NCBI GenBank assembly: GCA_034780895.1
Contig: JAUZTB010000057.1
Coordinates: 19,820,113-19,882,842 of the forward strand
Direction of reading: 5' to 3'
Length of the DNA stretch: 62,730 bases
Source of the DNA: Rhynchobatus australiae
Lineage: Eukaryota
Below the pieces are notes generated by a model, which was given only the letters and a program-made list of their open reading frames with translations, was not told the origin of the DNA and searched no databases. This document shows positions 11,941-24,875 of this stretch, piece after piece. Numbering within the stretch: position 1 is the first letter of the stretch; every line of letters starts with the position of its first letter. The position numbers and the translations under genes were made by a program.

Positions 11941-14129
11941 ACAGTATTTATTTTTAATAGCAAAAACTTGTGCTGAGATGGGGTAGTTCTACAAGAAGCT
12001 AATATTTAATAGGTTCTATCTTAGAAGCAAACAAAACAGTGTTCATGTGACAGAGCGGTTCCGTCTTCCTTTCTTGCAAGCTCGCTTTCACAACCACTTC
12101 CTTCCATTTTGTCACATGCCCATAGCACAGTATTTAGGATGTTCAAGGGGAAGTTGTTGTTTCAGGGCCTTGGCAAAGTTTTGCTAATCTGACAGGAAGG
12201 ATTTACATCACCAATCTATGGAGATTTCAATGCTTCAATTAAAAAGATCATTTTACCTCCCCTAAATTAAAACACTCGCTATAAATTCATTGTGCTGCAC
12301 AGGAATTTTGTACCCACACTCGGGAAACTTATACAGCTTTGTAGATTGCACAGTGCATTCACAGAAGAAAGATAGTACATCATACAGATTATTAGTTTTT
12401 CTGATCAAAAACTTTTTATGAGCCAATAACATATTAAATAGGAGGAGAGAGAGAAAGTTTTCTTTGGCTGTTTGGAGTCCTGAGCCAAGCCACTTACTTC
12501 TACCTCCAAAGTAATTTCTGCCTCTGCTCTACTTTTTCCTCATTGTAAATCTGCTCTTGACTATCCATTCTTTGCTTCAAGCATTTGAAGCCATAAGTAG
12601 TTCTTAACAACCTTCCTCCTTTCACTCCACACAAATATTCAGATGTACCTTATAGATCCATCTGGCTTCCTCCATCCTGAGAAATTGAATATTTGCTCCA
12701 AAATCCCTCCATGGCCTCATTTCATCCTATCTATCTGATTCCACTCAGTTGCGTGCTGCCTCATTTACCCTCGGCTTCTTGACACCAGTTCCTTATCTCC
12801 TCTGCTTTGATATCAGAAACAATATCGGCATCACCTTTTCAACATTGTTATCAGAGACTATACCCCAAACATTTTTTTCATCCCTCTGCTACTGCTGTGA
12901 AAATCCTAATAGGCCCCGGCTCATCATCATATTACCTACTTCCTCATTATTGACATGTGTATTTATAAAATTTATTTTATGCAAGGAACACAAACAGAAA
13001 CACACATTGCTAAATTGCTTCTGACATCTGGATAAACAAACAAATCAATTTGTAGTAAAGTGCTGTAGGAAGGGCTAAAGGCTTTGCCAGNNNNNNNNNN
13101 NNNNNNNNNNNNNNNNNNNNNNNNNNNNNNNNNNNNNNNNNNNNNNNNNNNNNNNNNNNNNNNNNNNNNNNNNNNNNNNNNNNNNNNNNNNNNNNNNNNN
13201 NNNNNNNNNNNNNNNNNNNNNNNNNNNNNNNNNNNNNNNNNNNNNNNNNNNNNNNNNNNNNNNNNNNNNNNNNNNNNNNNNNNNNNNNNNNNNNNNNNNN
13301 NNNNNNNNNNNNNNNNNNNNNNNNNNNNNNNNNNNNNNNNNNNNNNNNNNNNNNNNNNNNNNNNNNNNNNNNNNNNNNNNNNNNNNNNNNNNNNNNNNNN
13401 NNNNNNNNNNNNNNNNNNNNNNNNNNNNNNNNNNNNNNNNNNNNNNNNNNNNNNNNNNNNNNNNNNNNNNNNNNNNNNNNNNNNNNNNNNNNNNNNNNNN
13501 NNNNNNNNNNNNNNNNNNNNNNNNNNNNNNNNNNNNNNNNNNNNNNNNNNNNNNNNNNNNNNNNNNNNNNNNNNNNNNNNNNNNNNNNNNNNNNNNNNNN
13601 NNNNNNNNNNNNNNNNNNNNNNNNNNNNNCAAGTGGAAAAAAATCTTAAGAGCTATTGTTCATTTATCTCAAACTCAAAAATTTTCTCCATAAAACTTTC
13701 AATAGCCTTTCTCTCCACCTGCAAAAACAAAATCAAAGCTTTCAATAAATAATTTTATTACCTTTTCTTACACTTACTTGAGAAATACCTTGGGCAATTT
13801 CCTTTTGTTAAAATTCACCAAAGACCCAGCTAAGAAGCTTATTTGGGCTTAATCATCCCTAGAGCAGATGATGGCATGCAGTAGCTATCTACTGGGGTTT
13901 GGAATTTCAATTAATTTATTGCTTGGGCACCAACGTGTTTGGAGTATTCCAGTACATGACTTAGAGTTGAAATATATTACTGTAGTATCTCTGAAAATCT
14001 GGTCAATAGGCAAATACTGATCAAATGGATCAAAGTTGGTTTAAATAGAAAAGTTCAGTCTCTTTTCTAAATATTGCCTTACTTAAAAACTTAACCCATA
14101 TACAAAGATTCTTTAACTTCATCAGAAAC

Positions 14130-15484
14130 TTTTTATATTCTTAAAGAAGAGTATCTACGTAAGCCAATGACCATGACTGCAATGTCTGTTAACTACAAGC
14201 CCTGCAGTGGAGAACATTCCTTCTGCTGGAACTGCTGCAGAAACACGGGGTTGTCACTTTACTAGATAACTTAGTTTCTTCTAACAGATTTTGTTTGTCC
14301 TCCTCCAAACAAGTGGATGCTGATCAGGAGTAATATATAGCTCCAGAAAGAAGTGTTCAATTTCCATATAATCTGTTGTTCCAAGGGCATAAAAATCCTC
14401 CTTTTTTCTGTGTTTGCATACAGTATTTGTTGTGTCCGTTATAGTAGTGACTTCCATGGCATCACTAAACTGATCACATACATTCACAATGTTTGCTCCA
14501 ATAGCATCACGTAGACTTTTCAACAGGTCACTCAGTCTCCCTATCAGTGCCACCCTTCTCAAAAAGGAAATGAAAATCTTCATGTGTTTGAAACTATAAC
14601 CATACTTTCTTTGCTGGTTTTATGTTCACAGCAGCCACTTGCCAACCCAAAAACTCTGCACTGTCTTGAAGTCTACCACTTTACTGAACTTCTCCTAAGA
14701 TGCTTAGATAGCAAAAAGTAGTAACAGGCTGCACCATTGTTGTCTTTCAAAGCATTAATAGCAAAGGTGCTGTGTGAAAACAGGACACTAAATCTACCAA
14801 AAGTGTCAAGCACGCAATTCAAATTGGCAAATTTAAAACCATCACTCATAGCCAGTTGAAGAATATGAGTGAAGCACGAGACAGATTTCCACCTAAGTAA
14901 ATTTCCTTTGGTTAGGACAAAGTCTGGATTTGTCTTGCTTGCACATCATAATTCAGCCTCTTGAGTTTCAAAATTCAGTAGGTGCAAATAACATATTCAG
15001 TATTCTTGACAATGTGTCACTTCCAAATTAAAGAGTCTGCAAAACAATACTTTGCATACTCATATTAGACAGATAATGACTCTCTATTCAGTGCAAGTTT
15101 TGCAACAGGATTTTTCCAACTTTTTCTATTATTGCTGTTATCATTTTGAATCTAGGAATTATTTATTCAGGTTTCACAAACTTCATGACTTTCTCACCTT
15201 CTAGCCAATTGGAAGCATATCATTTGCACTCGTCTTTGCTATTAAATCTGTAATTTTCTTACAAGGAGAACTGTGAAATCAGTAACTTCAGTAGATGTGT
15301 GCTTTTTCGCAACATCTAAAGCTTCAGGTGGAGAACTGTCTAAATGCTTCAGTATCAAATGGTGAAGCATTGAATTAGTCATTTTGTGGTAGGCCAATTT
15401 TACTTTGTAGAATGTGCACAACACTGCTTTCTCAAGGTACTTCAAGGCTTTATTTTGATTTGTACCTTTCCGGGATGCCATCAA
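14130..15484 (-). pseudogene. hAT (ZBED1/Ac-like) transposase fossil
   Basis: N-terminal BED-finger-like C..Y..KLAYHKMTNSMLHHLILKH (ORF 15242-15484). C-terminal dimerization-domain-like PDQHPLVWRRTNKIC*KKLSYLVK*QPRVSAAVPAEGMFSTAGLVVNR, read by hand at 14328->14180 (compare PLxWW...PATSVPxERxFSxAG). Multiple stops and frameshifts. Confidence 0.8.
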
Positions 15485-17589
15485 CTTTTATGAGCTCAGC
15501 AATGCAGTAATAAACAAAAATGGTCTATCTTCCCCACGTCACACTGATTGGACCATGCAGTGGGTATTGCTGTCAGCAATGATGCCTTTGAGTAAAACCT
15601 GTCAACTTTCATTCATTCTTCTCAAGCCCATTGAAAAATCTTTTGTCAACCAGAAATATTCCCACTTATATTGGGGAAGTTAATATTTCCATGAATTTTC
15701 ATTGAGTTAAAATAGACTGAGTACTCAACGACCAACTATTTTTAAGTATTCAAGCTCATCCTTACTATTTCCTTCCCTTTCTTCTCTTGAAAAAAATTAG
15801 GATTTAAATATTAGGATATACATAGATACAAGCAGAAGCAGTGCCCTATACTGTAACATGGCAAAAGGGATGCAAAGTTATGACCACCTGTTGCATGTAG
15901 TTTTGCTCATATAAAGCAAGCAGGGCAAAGTACTGCAAAAAAAAAGGCAAATAAAATTGTGGATTCTCCTTCATCCATTGTATCCAAGATTGAGCAGATT
16001 AACAATGTTAAACTCAGGGCAATGGGCGAATCTATTTTTAGTTAAGATAAGGAATATCTTGATACGAAATGAAATGACTGTTACTCTTTCATAGTCAATG
16101 CAGTTAAATAAATGTTTCTCCTGCGAAAGATTCCCTTAGCGTTGGTTGAATGGGCAGAAAAATGGTTGGTGCTACATCCTCCACCACCTAAAACATGGCT
16201 TCACCTTTTGGATCTTGCTATGTAAACTACAGTAGGCTATAACGTTTGATACTTCTACTGAGAGGCAAAAGCCTGTCACTCTTCAAGATTCCCATACTAT
16301 ACTCAGGCCAAATTCCGCTAACAATATACAACCTCATTTTAGGTATATTCCCCTCTTGTCCTTGAGTCTGTCAATAAAAATTAGCAAAACACTCCCCACA
16401 CTCTGCCCTTCTGCCACCTTTACCCACTATCTATCCAGCTGTCATGGCCCTTTAAGTACTAATGCAACCACAGACCAGGAAATTAGTTGCACAGGCAATC
16501 ACGAATTAGCTTAAAATAAATGTTGAGAAGTACAAAAGGCAGAATTGAAATTTTAACTCCTGCAGACCAAATCACTAAAAGGGAGTATTGCCTCTAATGT
16601 TTTTTACTTCTTTAAATATTACATTAGTCGTATTATTAAAAATACACATTAGTTGTACAGCAACAAAAGTGGAAATATTTTCTGATCATGAAAATAGTAT
16701 TGAGATTTGGGGCTGGTATGCTTATCTCTTTCTTTTTGTACCACCATTAATGGCTGGCACTTTAGGAGTTCCAGCCAGAAAGTGAAAGAATGCTCTCATT
16801 GCTGCTTCCATAATAAATTTAACAAATGAAGCCATGGGCAAACAATTGCAACATAAACTGTGCAAGCCTACAATTGTGCAAGCTCTTTGGAACAACATAA
16901 TCGCACAAGAATTTAAGGCTGCCTTCAGTGCAAGAGAAACAACAAAATAAAAATGAGATTGCTCAGTGACAAAGATACACAAATGTATTCATTGTAAACA
17001 TACAAAATGTTGCCTTTAATTGTATGTATATATACTTTCTATGGAAATAATTTCTATGAAATGTGATATTGTTAAAAATAAAAGCATTAGAGGTAACAAT
17101 GCTTTTTGGTGATTTGGTCTGCATGAGTTAAAAGTTTCAAGTCTGCTTTTTGTAATTTTCAACAGTATTTTTTTAAGTTAACAAGATCTGGGAATACATT
17201 TCTGCCAGCATAAAGAGATGTCATCACTAATATCTGCTGAATGCNNNNNNNNNNNNNNNNNNNNNNNNNNNNNNNNNNNNNNNNNNNNNNNNGGCAGTGT
17301 TTCCCATTGCTCCATTCAAAGCTGTGTTCTGTTGCCAATCACCTGAGCCTGCTCTTCTAATAAATAAAGGGACACCGTGGAATAGAAGTTCTTTCGAGAT
17401 AGCACAGAAAAGTGGGTGGTATTGCATCTGCTGTCTATTATATGGTGGCATGAGGTATATTACAGACATTGAGTATTATAGCAACCTTTTTCCACTACCA
17501 AAGACAAATTTCTACCTAAATATATTGTGCTTTCATAAAATACTTATAAAGTGAATCAGAAAAACAGCAAAATTCCTAATTATTTTTCT

Positions 17590-17815
17590 CAAGGTAGAAA
17601 TTGGCAATTTCACTCAAAGAGCAGTGGAAGCAGGGTCTTTGAATATATACAAGGCAGAGGTAGTTACTTGATAAGCAATGGGATGAAAAGCTATCATGGA
17701 TAGAAGGGAATGAGGAGTTGAGGTTACAATCACATCAGCCATGATCTTATTCAATGGTAGAGCAAGTTTGAAGGGGTCAAGTGGCTACTCCTGCTACCAA
17801 TTTGTATGCATGTTC
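17590..17815 (+). mobile_element. CR1 3' UTR fragment
   Basis: gcagtggaagcagggtctttgaatatatacaaggcagagg...cagccatgatcttattcaatgg...ctactcctgct. Confidence 0.75.
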
Positions 17816-18089
17816 AAAATTTGTGAACATTTTCCATTAGTGCCAGGTTTCCATTGATTACATAAAAGCTGACCATAATGAATTATGGGCTTTTCTATCT
17901 CTTGCAATTTGTACTGTAATTTACTATCACTGTGAATAATCATTCAGTCCATTTTTTAAATTTAATTATTTTCTCATGTTTACAACTATATCACATGACA
18001 TTAAAAGGATATTGTACATGTGACTTTTCACATTGTGTATGCACACCAAAGGTTAAATAATCTCTATTCTCCTTTATCAATTCTGTGGA

Positions 18090-19070
18090 GTCAGGGATAA
18101 TTTGCTTCCTCTAGAGCTCAATGGGCTCTGAGGTGATTAATCGGTCCTTGGTGGGATCTGCAGATTGGTGGAGTTTGATGGAAATGAATGCATGGGTTAT
18201 TTGGATTATCGTATGCTTCTTCCAGTTCGTGCTGGTCTTTGTTGCATCCATTAGAAACTTGAAATGCTATGTGCCTTCCCAGATGATTCTCTGCCAGTCT
18301 AAGCAGACTTGGACCAAGAATTTCCATGAGGTGCTGAGGACATTACTTTTATTTCAAGGAACTTTGAAAATGACCTTGAAACATCTCCTCTGTCCTCTTG
18401 GAAACCGTTTGCTACCACAGAGCTCAAGATAGAGTGCCTGTCNNNNNNNNNNNNNNNNNNNNNNNNNNNNNNNNNNNNNNNNNNNNNNNNNNNNNNNNNN
18501 NNNNNNNNNNNNNNNNNNNNNNNNNNNNNNNNNNNNNNNNNNTACCACAGAGCTCAAGATAGAGTGCCTGTCTGTGGGTTCTAGTATTAGGCATGCAAGC
18601 AATGTGGCCCTGCCATGGGAGCTGTTGAGCCTGATCACAGCATTAATGATGGGGTTTTGGCTTGACATTGATATCACCAATCCTACCAAAGGATTTGGAG
18701 GATTCTGTGCAGACGGAAATGGTGGTGTCTCTCTGGTGGGTTGTCCAAGTCTTTGCAGCGTTTGAGGCATGGGGACACTGGTCCTCAACAGATCTTGAGT
18801 TTTGTGCCAAGTCTAAGATCTTGGCCTTGAACACTCTTCTTTCACAATGGGGAAAGTGCTGTGTTGGCACACTGGAGGTGGTAGCGGATTCAAGTGGGGA
18901 TTTCACCATTATTCTTGGCTACTGGACCAAGTAAGAAAACGGGGAGGGGTGAGTGCAGTTGGGGAGTTTGGTGAAAGACCTTTTCGACGGTTAGTGCAAG
19001 TGAATCAACAAAAGATTGCTTGGCCTACAAGTAGGATCATGAAGTGTCATTTGCATCTGTAAGTTGATGA
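18090..19070 (-). mobile_element. RTE-clade LINE 3' fragment
   Basis: Minus-strand translation WQGHIACMPNTRTHRQALYLELCGSKRFPRGQRRCFKVIFK matches the RTE C-terminal motif (RWAGHIVRMPDTRLPKQALYSEL..GKR..GGQRKRFKD). Confidence 0.85.
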
Positions 19071-19472
19071 CNNNNNNNNNNNNNNNNNNNNNNNNNNNNN
19101 NNNNNNNNNAATGAACGTTGCTCATCTGGTAAATTAATTCCATTCCAGTGAGGAGCTTGAGGCAAGGAAGATCAAAAAGAGGGTTGATACCTTGATGGGG
19201 ATAATCCAGCCTGCTCTGGGATTGAGTCTGTGACAGATGACATCTTGTATATCATCAGGGAGTAAACAAAGTCAAGTGGTAACTCCCAGAAAGCAAAGTT
19301 AAGTGCACAGGAAGTTTCTCAGAGACTCCCTAATTTATTGTTTTGGTCAAACATAGATTTAACCAATTTTCAATTCATTACTTTCATGTTTGTGCCACAA
19401 CAGTTCTCTTTCCCTTCTGTTCACCAAAATTAAGGACCAAATTGTCATTAGCTACACCTGCATCTATATATA

Positions 19473-19804
19473 CAGTGACTCCACAAATTATAGATAACCC
19501 GACTTATAGAAATCCATCTTTACTCAAATTCTCCCATGCATTTCTCAATATAGTTAAACAAAAGTAATAAAATATTTTGTGGTGCTCATTAATGACTGGA
19601 TACAATATATATTCCATTAATTTAATTATGGGTAGTGTTAGGATGAACATTTGATGAAATGAAAGAATTAGAGCAAGTGTACATAGAGCAGCAGAATAAT
19701 ACGATATGGGTAGCTGTAGAAAGTGGACATTTCTGACTTACAAAGCAATTGGTTTAGGGACAGTTTTCAGGAATGGAAACCTTACGTAATCCAGGGACCG
19801 CCTA
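19473..19804. mobile_element. Old pogo/Tigger-like MITE
   Basis: Left end TA|cagtgactccacaaattatagataacccgacttatag. Right end cttacgtaatccagggaccgcct. The right ~65 bp recur at 40146-40212. Confidence 0.5.
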
Positions 19805-20192
19805 TCATAGTACTGATGTATAACAGGGCTGGGAAAACTCTGCTCTCTGCTCACAAACACTTTTATTTACAAAATCATCAATGATGTTAAAATTCACAAA
19901 AGGCACGAATGAGATAATCATTCGTTGAAAATTAAAATCAACTAAAAATTGATTTAATCTATTTAGATCAAAAACAGTATATTGATAAGTCTCCAAGAAA
20001 TGTCCTGGGCAGTTAAATTTGCATTCTGGCAATTATCATTTGACTTCAAGATGTACTTTCTTCAGATGTACTTTTCTGTTATCATCATTCATCATTAAGC
20101 TCACACCTTCCCCATACCATTATGGTTTCCATTTAGCAACAATGGAAGACTGAAAGGCCTTTCAGCCCTTCAATTCTATTCCACTAACCATT

Positions 20193-20940
20193 GGAGGCAC
20201 AAGAGACTGCAGATGCTGGAATAGGAGCAAAAGACAAAATAAACTGCTGGAAGAACTGGCAGTGGATCAAGCAGCGTCTGTGGAGGCAAATGGATGGTTT
20301 ATGTTTTGGGTTGATACCATGCTTCAGGATTGAGAGTGTAGAGGGAAAGTAGCCAGCGTATGAGAGAGAGGGAGGGGAGAGACAGGGGCTGGTAGGTGAT
20401 GGGTAGAAGCAGATGAGGTGGGAAGGTGGGGGAAGAGGGGGACTGATGGGCAGATGGAGCCAGGTAGGGGAAGGGTCAGTGCTAAGGCACCTCCATTCCT
20501 CCATCAGGAGGGCCTTAGAACCCTTCATTTCTTTTTGGAACAAACTAACTAGTTTACTTCCACCAACAGTTGTGTATGCCCTGGCAGAACTTGTGCTGCA
20601 TGGGCCGCAGCTATGTCTATCTTTCTGTAGACTACATGGAACAGTCATTGCTCAAAAACTACTCTTTTTCCACTACATTAATGACTGCATTGGCACTGCT
20701 TCCCGCACTCATGTGGAACTCGTTAATTTTATCACCTTTGCTTCTAACTACCACCCTGCCCTCGGATTCATCTGGACAATTTCTGATACTTCTCTTTCTT
20801 TTCTGAATCTCTGACCCCATCTCAGGAGACAAACTATCCACTAGCAAACCTAAGGACTCCCACAGCTACCTCGATAACACCTCCTCCCACCCTGTTTCCT
20901 GTAAGGATGCTATCTGCTTCTCTCAGTTTCTCCATCTGTA
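20193..20940. mobile_element. Penelope-like element fragment: inverted 5' pseudo-LTR (-) followed by RT region (+)
   Basis: ORF 20413-20814 FFHYINDCIGTASRTHVELVNFITFASNYHPALGFIWTISDTSLSFLNL matches the PLE RT region around RYIDD; it continues KPKDSHSYLDNTSSHPVSCKDAI. 20193-20480 is the tail repeat on the - strand. Confidence 0.85.
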
Positions 20941-23650
20941 ACTACAGATCTGTTCTTTGAATGCTGACTGCCTTTTGCATGTTTGATGTATTATTCTTTG
21001 GGTTTGATTTTTCTGTCACCCATCCTCCATTGTAGTCAATAACATTCCATACCTAGCTGCGAAACAAGTCACAAGATTAATTGAGGTGTAGATGTCTCTG
21101 TAATTTCCAGCAGGAGTTCCTCTCAGTGATCCAATTGAGACCTAGCACAGAGGTTATTCTCTTCCAAGGAGCAAATTTAAACATGAAAAGTAAACTACTA
21201 TACATGTGCATAGATTTGTTTCTTTACTATGTTACAACAGCAATGTTCAAGAAGTTCTTTGACTGTGAAGGTCTTTGGGGATATCCTGAGATTGTGAACA
21301 AAAAATGTGTGTTTTCTTTGACATTTAACAATAAAGACTACACAATATATAGTGACACAAAATGAACTACATTTAAGTGCTAATTGAATGTCCTGATCTC
21401 TCTCCACCACCTTTAGTGGCCACTCTTTGATCTGTTAAGCCTCATGCTGGACAACTGCATCTCTGAACCCTGGTGCCTCTTCACCTCTCCTTCCTCCTCC
21501 TCCAAATTCCATCTCTTTGACCTCTTAAGCATGCAACATTAAATTTCCTTCTTTGGCAACTGAGGCCAAAAACAATATTTTGGTTGTGAACATCACAGAC
21601 ACAGCCAGCATTATTGCCCATATTTGGTCAGTAAGAGTGTGGCTGTATACCTTCAACCTTTAGAGATTGTTACAATCTAATGACTTGTTAGGCCATTTCA
21701 GAGCGCAGTTCAATAGTGTGGGACTGCAGCACACATATGCCATACAGGTAAATTTGGCAAATCTTCTTCTCAAAAGGATATTTGTGCACTGATCTGGTTT
21801 TTACTGACAATTGGACAGCTTCTAAATATCTTTTCATTTTTAGATATTTCAAACTAAATTCAAGTTCTTAAACTTTCATGGTAGTAATCTGAAATCATGT
21901 TGTCTAGATTATTGCTCTAAACTTCTGGGTTACTAGTTCAGTTGTGTGACCAAACCCTGATGTAAGGTACTTTGGGATGTTTTTCTGTGTTAAACGGTCC
22001 AATAAAAGCACAAATTAAAGATTCTGAACACAAACAACTATAAATTGGAATGAAAGCACAGCATAATACCAATATTTAAGGTACTGAAAAGCAGCCAAAA
22101 CAGGAAGTTTTGGGAAAACAGCTTTGTGATAGGAGAAGTTACTTAGGAACTGTTGAACATAGCAGCCTCCAATAAGTTCAGAAGTGCTAATTATATCACA
22201 AGTCCTTTTTAGGGAACTTAAACGTTTCTAAACCAATACACAATGTCACATTAAATATATGTAGTATACACATAATGAATACATTAACAACTTGCATCAA
22301 ACTGCTCACAAGTAGAATTTAAGAACTTTAACAAAATTAAGATTTGGGAAGGTAGAACAAAAGTCTAACCCCTTACATCTTCATATTAGTAAAAATGGGA
22401 TTTACAACTGACAAATGTTTATCCAGCAGCTTGCCAAACAAAACACTCAGGAAGTACAACACAAAAGGGAACTCGTGTCAGCAAGCAGTAGTTAAAGAAA
22501 ATGTGAAACCTCACATAAATCATGTTTAATATCTCAACAGAAGGGATTTTAAAAAATGTAAATACATTATAAATTAATTCAAGTGAACAATGATCTTAGA
22601 AGCAAGGAAGATCCATATATAGTTAAGATCTCTTTTCAATTCCAAGAAAAGAAACTAAAAATATCCTCATTCATAGATTCCGCTAGTCCATGGTAAGGAT
22701 CTTTGGTTTGAATATCAAGTTGTTGGGAGATTATTGGTTACATAAAGTTAGTAATTAACTGGTATCATTGCTTACATTTATTTAAAATGCAATTAAAATA
22801 TATTTTATCAATTATTTAACATTTAGAATCCCCATATTCTCTCAAACAAATTTTACAATGGCAAACGATCTAAGGAACACTATTGAAAGGAACCACATCA
22901 TTCACACCATTAAATGAGAATATTTTTAAACTTAAAGAAAAACAATGCTTTAACTTACTGCATTAAATGACTCAATGCCAGAATCATTGATTGGGGAGCA
23001 GAAGCTCATGGGCTTCATTAATCATTTGGTTAAAAAAAACATTTTCAAAAACAAAAATGGTGCACTGCTGAAAAATCCTAATTTAAGTACTTTTTTGACA
23101 TTAGAGATTATTTACTGACATTTCCAAAATAGCTAATTGTGTGTCTTGAAAACCTTTATTTTAAATTTCAATTATTTCTTATTAGTCAGATATTGTGGAG
23201 GAAAAGCAGCAGCTCCATTAAGACACTTTATCCAACCTGCTCAACCCACCAGGGAAAATGTTTACATATTATATTGCACGACGCCAGGACAGCCTGTTTT
23301 CCTTTCTCCTGCTTCTGATTCCGTAGAGATGGGAAAACCTGTCCCCTAGAGTAAACCACACCCACAAGAGAGGGAGATTCAATAACAGCCTTTCAAACAG
23401 ATGTTCTAGCAACAATTTAACACCGCATTGAAAGCAACCTTGCTACTACGGAAATCAAAACACCTTATTCTACAGAAGAAACATTCTCTCATTTCAAATT
23501 CAGTTACATTTTAAATTATTGTTGCTTATTTATAACTTTTACCATGTCTCACAACTTGCTGCTCACTGCCACCTTGAGGAGGACAGTGAAGGAAATAGAT
23601 TTGGTCGACATTCCTTTGGCAAAGGCCACAATAGAAAAGGTACAGGTATT

Positions 23651-23745
23651 TGGAGACACAAAGAGATTGCAGGTATTGGAATCAAAAAATGCGGAAGGAA
23701 CTCAGTGGGTCAGACATACCAGATGAAGGGTCTTGACCCAAGGCC
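23651..23745. repeat. Penelope-derived tail (-) abutting a hammerhead-like stub (+)
   Basis: ggagacacaaagagattgcaggtattggaatc...ggaactcagtgggtcag is followed by cagatga-agggtc-tt-gaccc. Confidence 0.6.
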
Positions 23746-24039
23746 TGGATGTTGGGCTCTATATTCTTCCTTGGCTTCCCAATCCTGTCTGTGGTTCAGC
23801 CAATGCAGCCACAATGAAAACATCATTACCACTGGGATTCTGGTGTAAAAAAAATTCAGGCTGCTCAAAAACACTGTCTACACTGAACTGCACACACCAG
23901 ACAAGGCTGCACAGGGCACTCCAATAGAAGGTCAGGGAAGATGAGGAACAATACTGGTTGCCAGAGAATGATGATCAAGGGAGGTGGCATGCAAGGGACT
24001 CTGCAAGCTGGAGATTCTTCTGAAGACTCCACACCACTA

Positions 24040-24345
24040 GGGTGGCAACACATATGGCTGCTGCTTCACAGCTCTAGCAACCCATGTTCAATTTGCATGC
24101 TCACCCTCTGACTGAGTGGCTTTCCTCCTGGTGCTCTGGTTTCCTCCCATACTCCAAAAACATGTGGGTTGGGAGGTTAACAGCCCACTATAAATTGCCC
24201 CAAGTTTGTGGGTGGATGGTAGAATCTGGAGGAAGTTCATGGGAATGTGGGGAGAATAAAATGAATTAGGGTAGGATTAGTGTAAATGGGTGGTTGACGG
24301 TCAACATGGATTGGTGGGACCAAAGGGCCTTTTTCTGTGCTGTAT
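24040..24345 (+). mobile_element. HE1/V-SINE-like SINE
   Basis: gctgctgcttcacagctc...tttcctcctggtgctctggtttcctcccatactccaaaaacatgtg; CR1-like tail gggaccaaagggcctttttctgtgctgtat. Confidence 0.8.
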
Positions 24346-24569
24346 TTATCTACTTCTTGCCAATATTTATTGATGTCTTAACATTTTACAACATTGACCC
24401 AATTGGGGATTCCCATCTGACAGGCCTATGTCAAACTCTGCTTGAGGAGATATGCACAATAACCAACTTCCTCATGGTTGGCAGAATGCATTAATTATAT
24501 CTGTTACATCATATGGAGATGGAAGAACTCACCATCTAGAGAACTGAGGTACACACCAACACCTTCCAA

Positions 24570-24875
24570 CACCATAGGTTTTTGCTAAGTAAACAGGGGC
24601 AGGATATTTAGGACTGGAATGAGGAGACATTTATTCAACCAGAGATGGTGAACCTGAGGCATTATCTACCACAGATAGTTGTGGAAGAAAAGTCACTGAA
24701 TATATTTAAGGAGGAGAGAGGTGGATTTCCAGATACCAAAGGCATTAAGGGGTGTAAGGAAAGAGCAGCAATATGGTTTTGAGAGAGAGGATGAGCATGA
24801 TCGTACTGAATGGCAGAGCAATTTCGAAGGGCTGACTGACCTACTCCTGCTCCTTCTCCTATTTTTCTATGTGTT
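24570..24875 (+). mobile_element. CR1 3' fragment
   Basis: atttaggactggaatgaggagacattt...cagagatggtgaacctg...gaatggcagagc...cctactcctgctcct. Confidence 0.8.

Noticed and set aside
13075-13752. 185-222 aa ORFs
   Set aside because: Almost entirely N (assembly gap). The same applies to ORFs across the gaps at 1627, 50188, 54492 and others.
18413-18572. CRISPR-like or tandem direct repeats around gaps
   Set aside because: Only two copies either side of an N-gap in eukaryotic DNA; best explained as assembly overlap.
23180-23500. Possible conserved enhancer (TGTTTAC FOX site in non-repeat DNA); similar unique blocks at 16740-16980 and 25280-25800
   Set aside because: Conservation cannot be judged from one sequence, and short motifs alone are insufficient.
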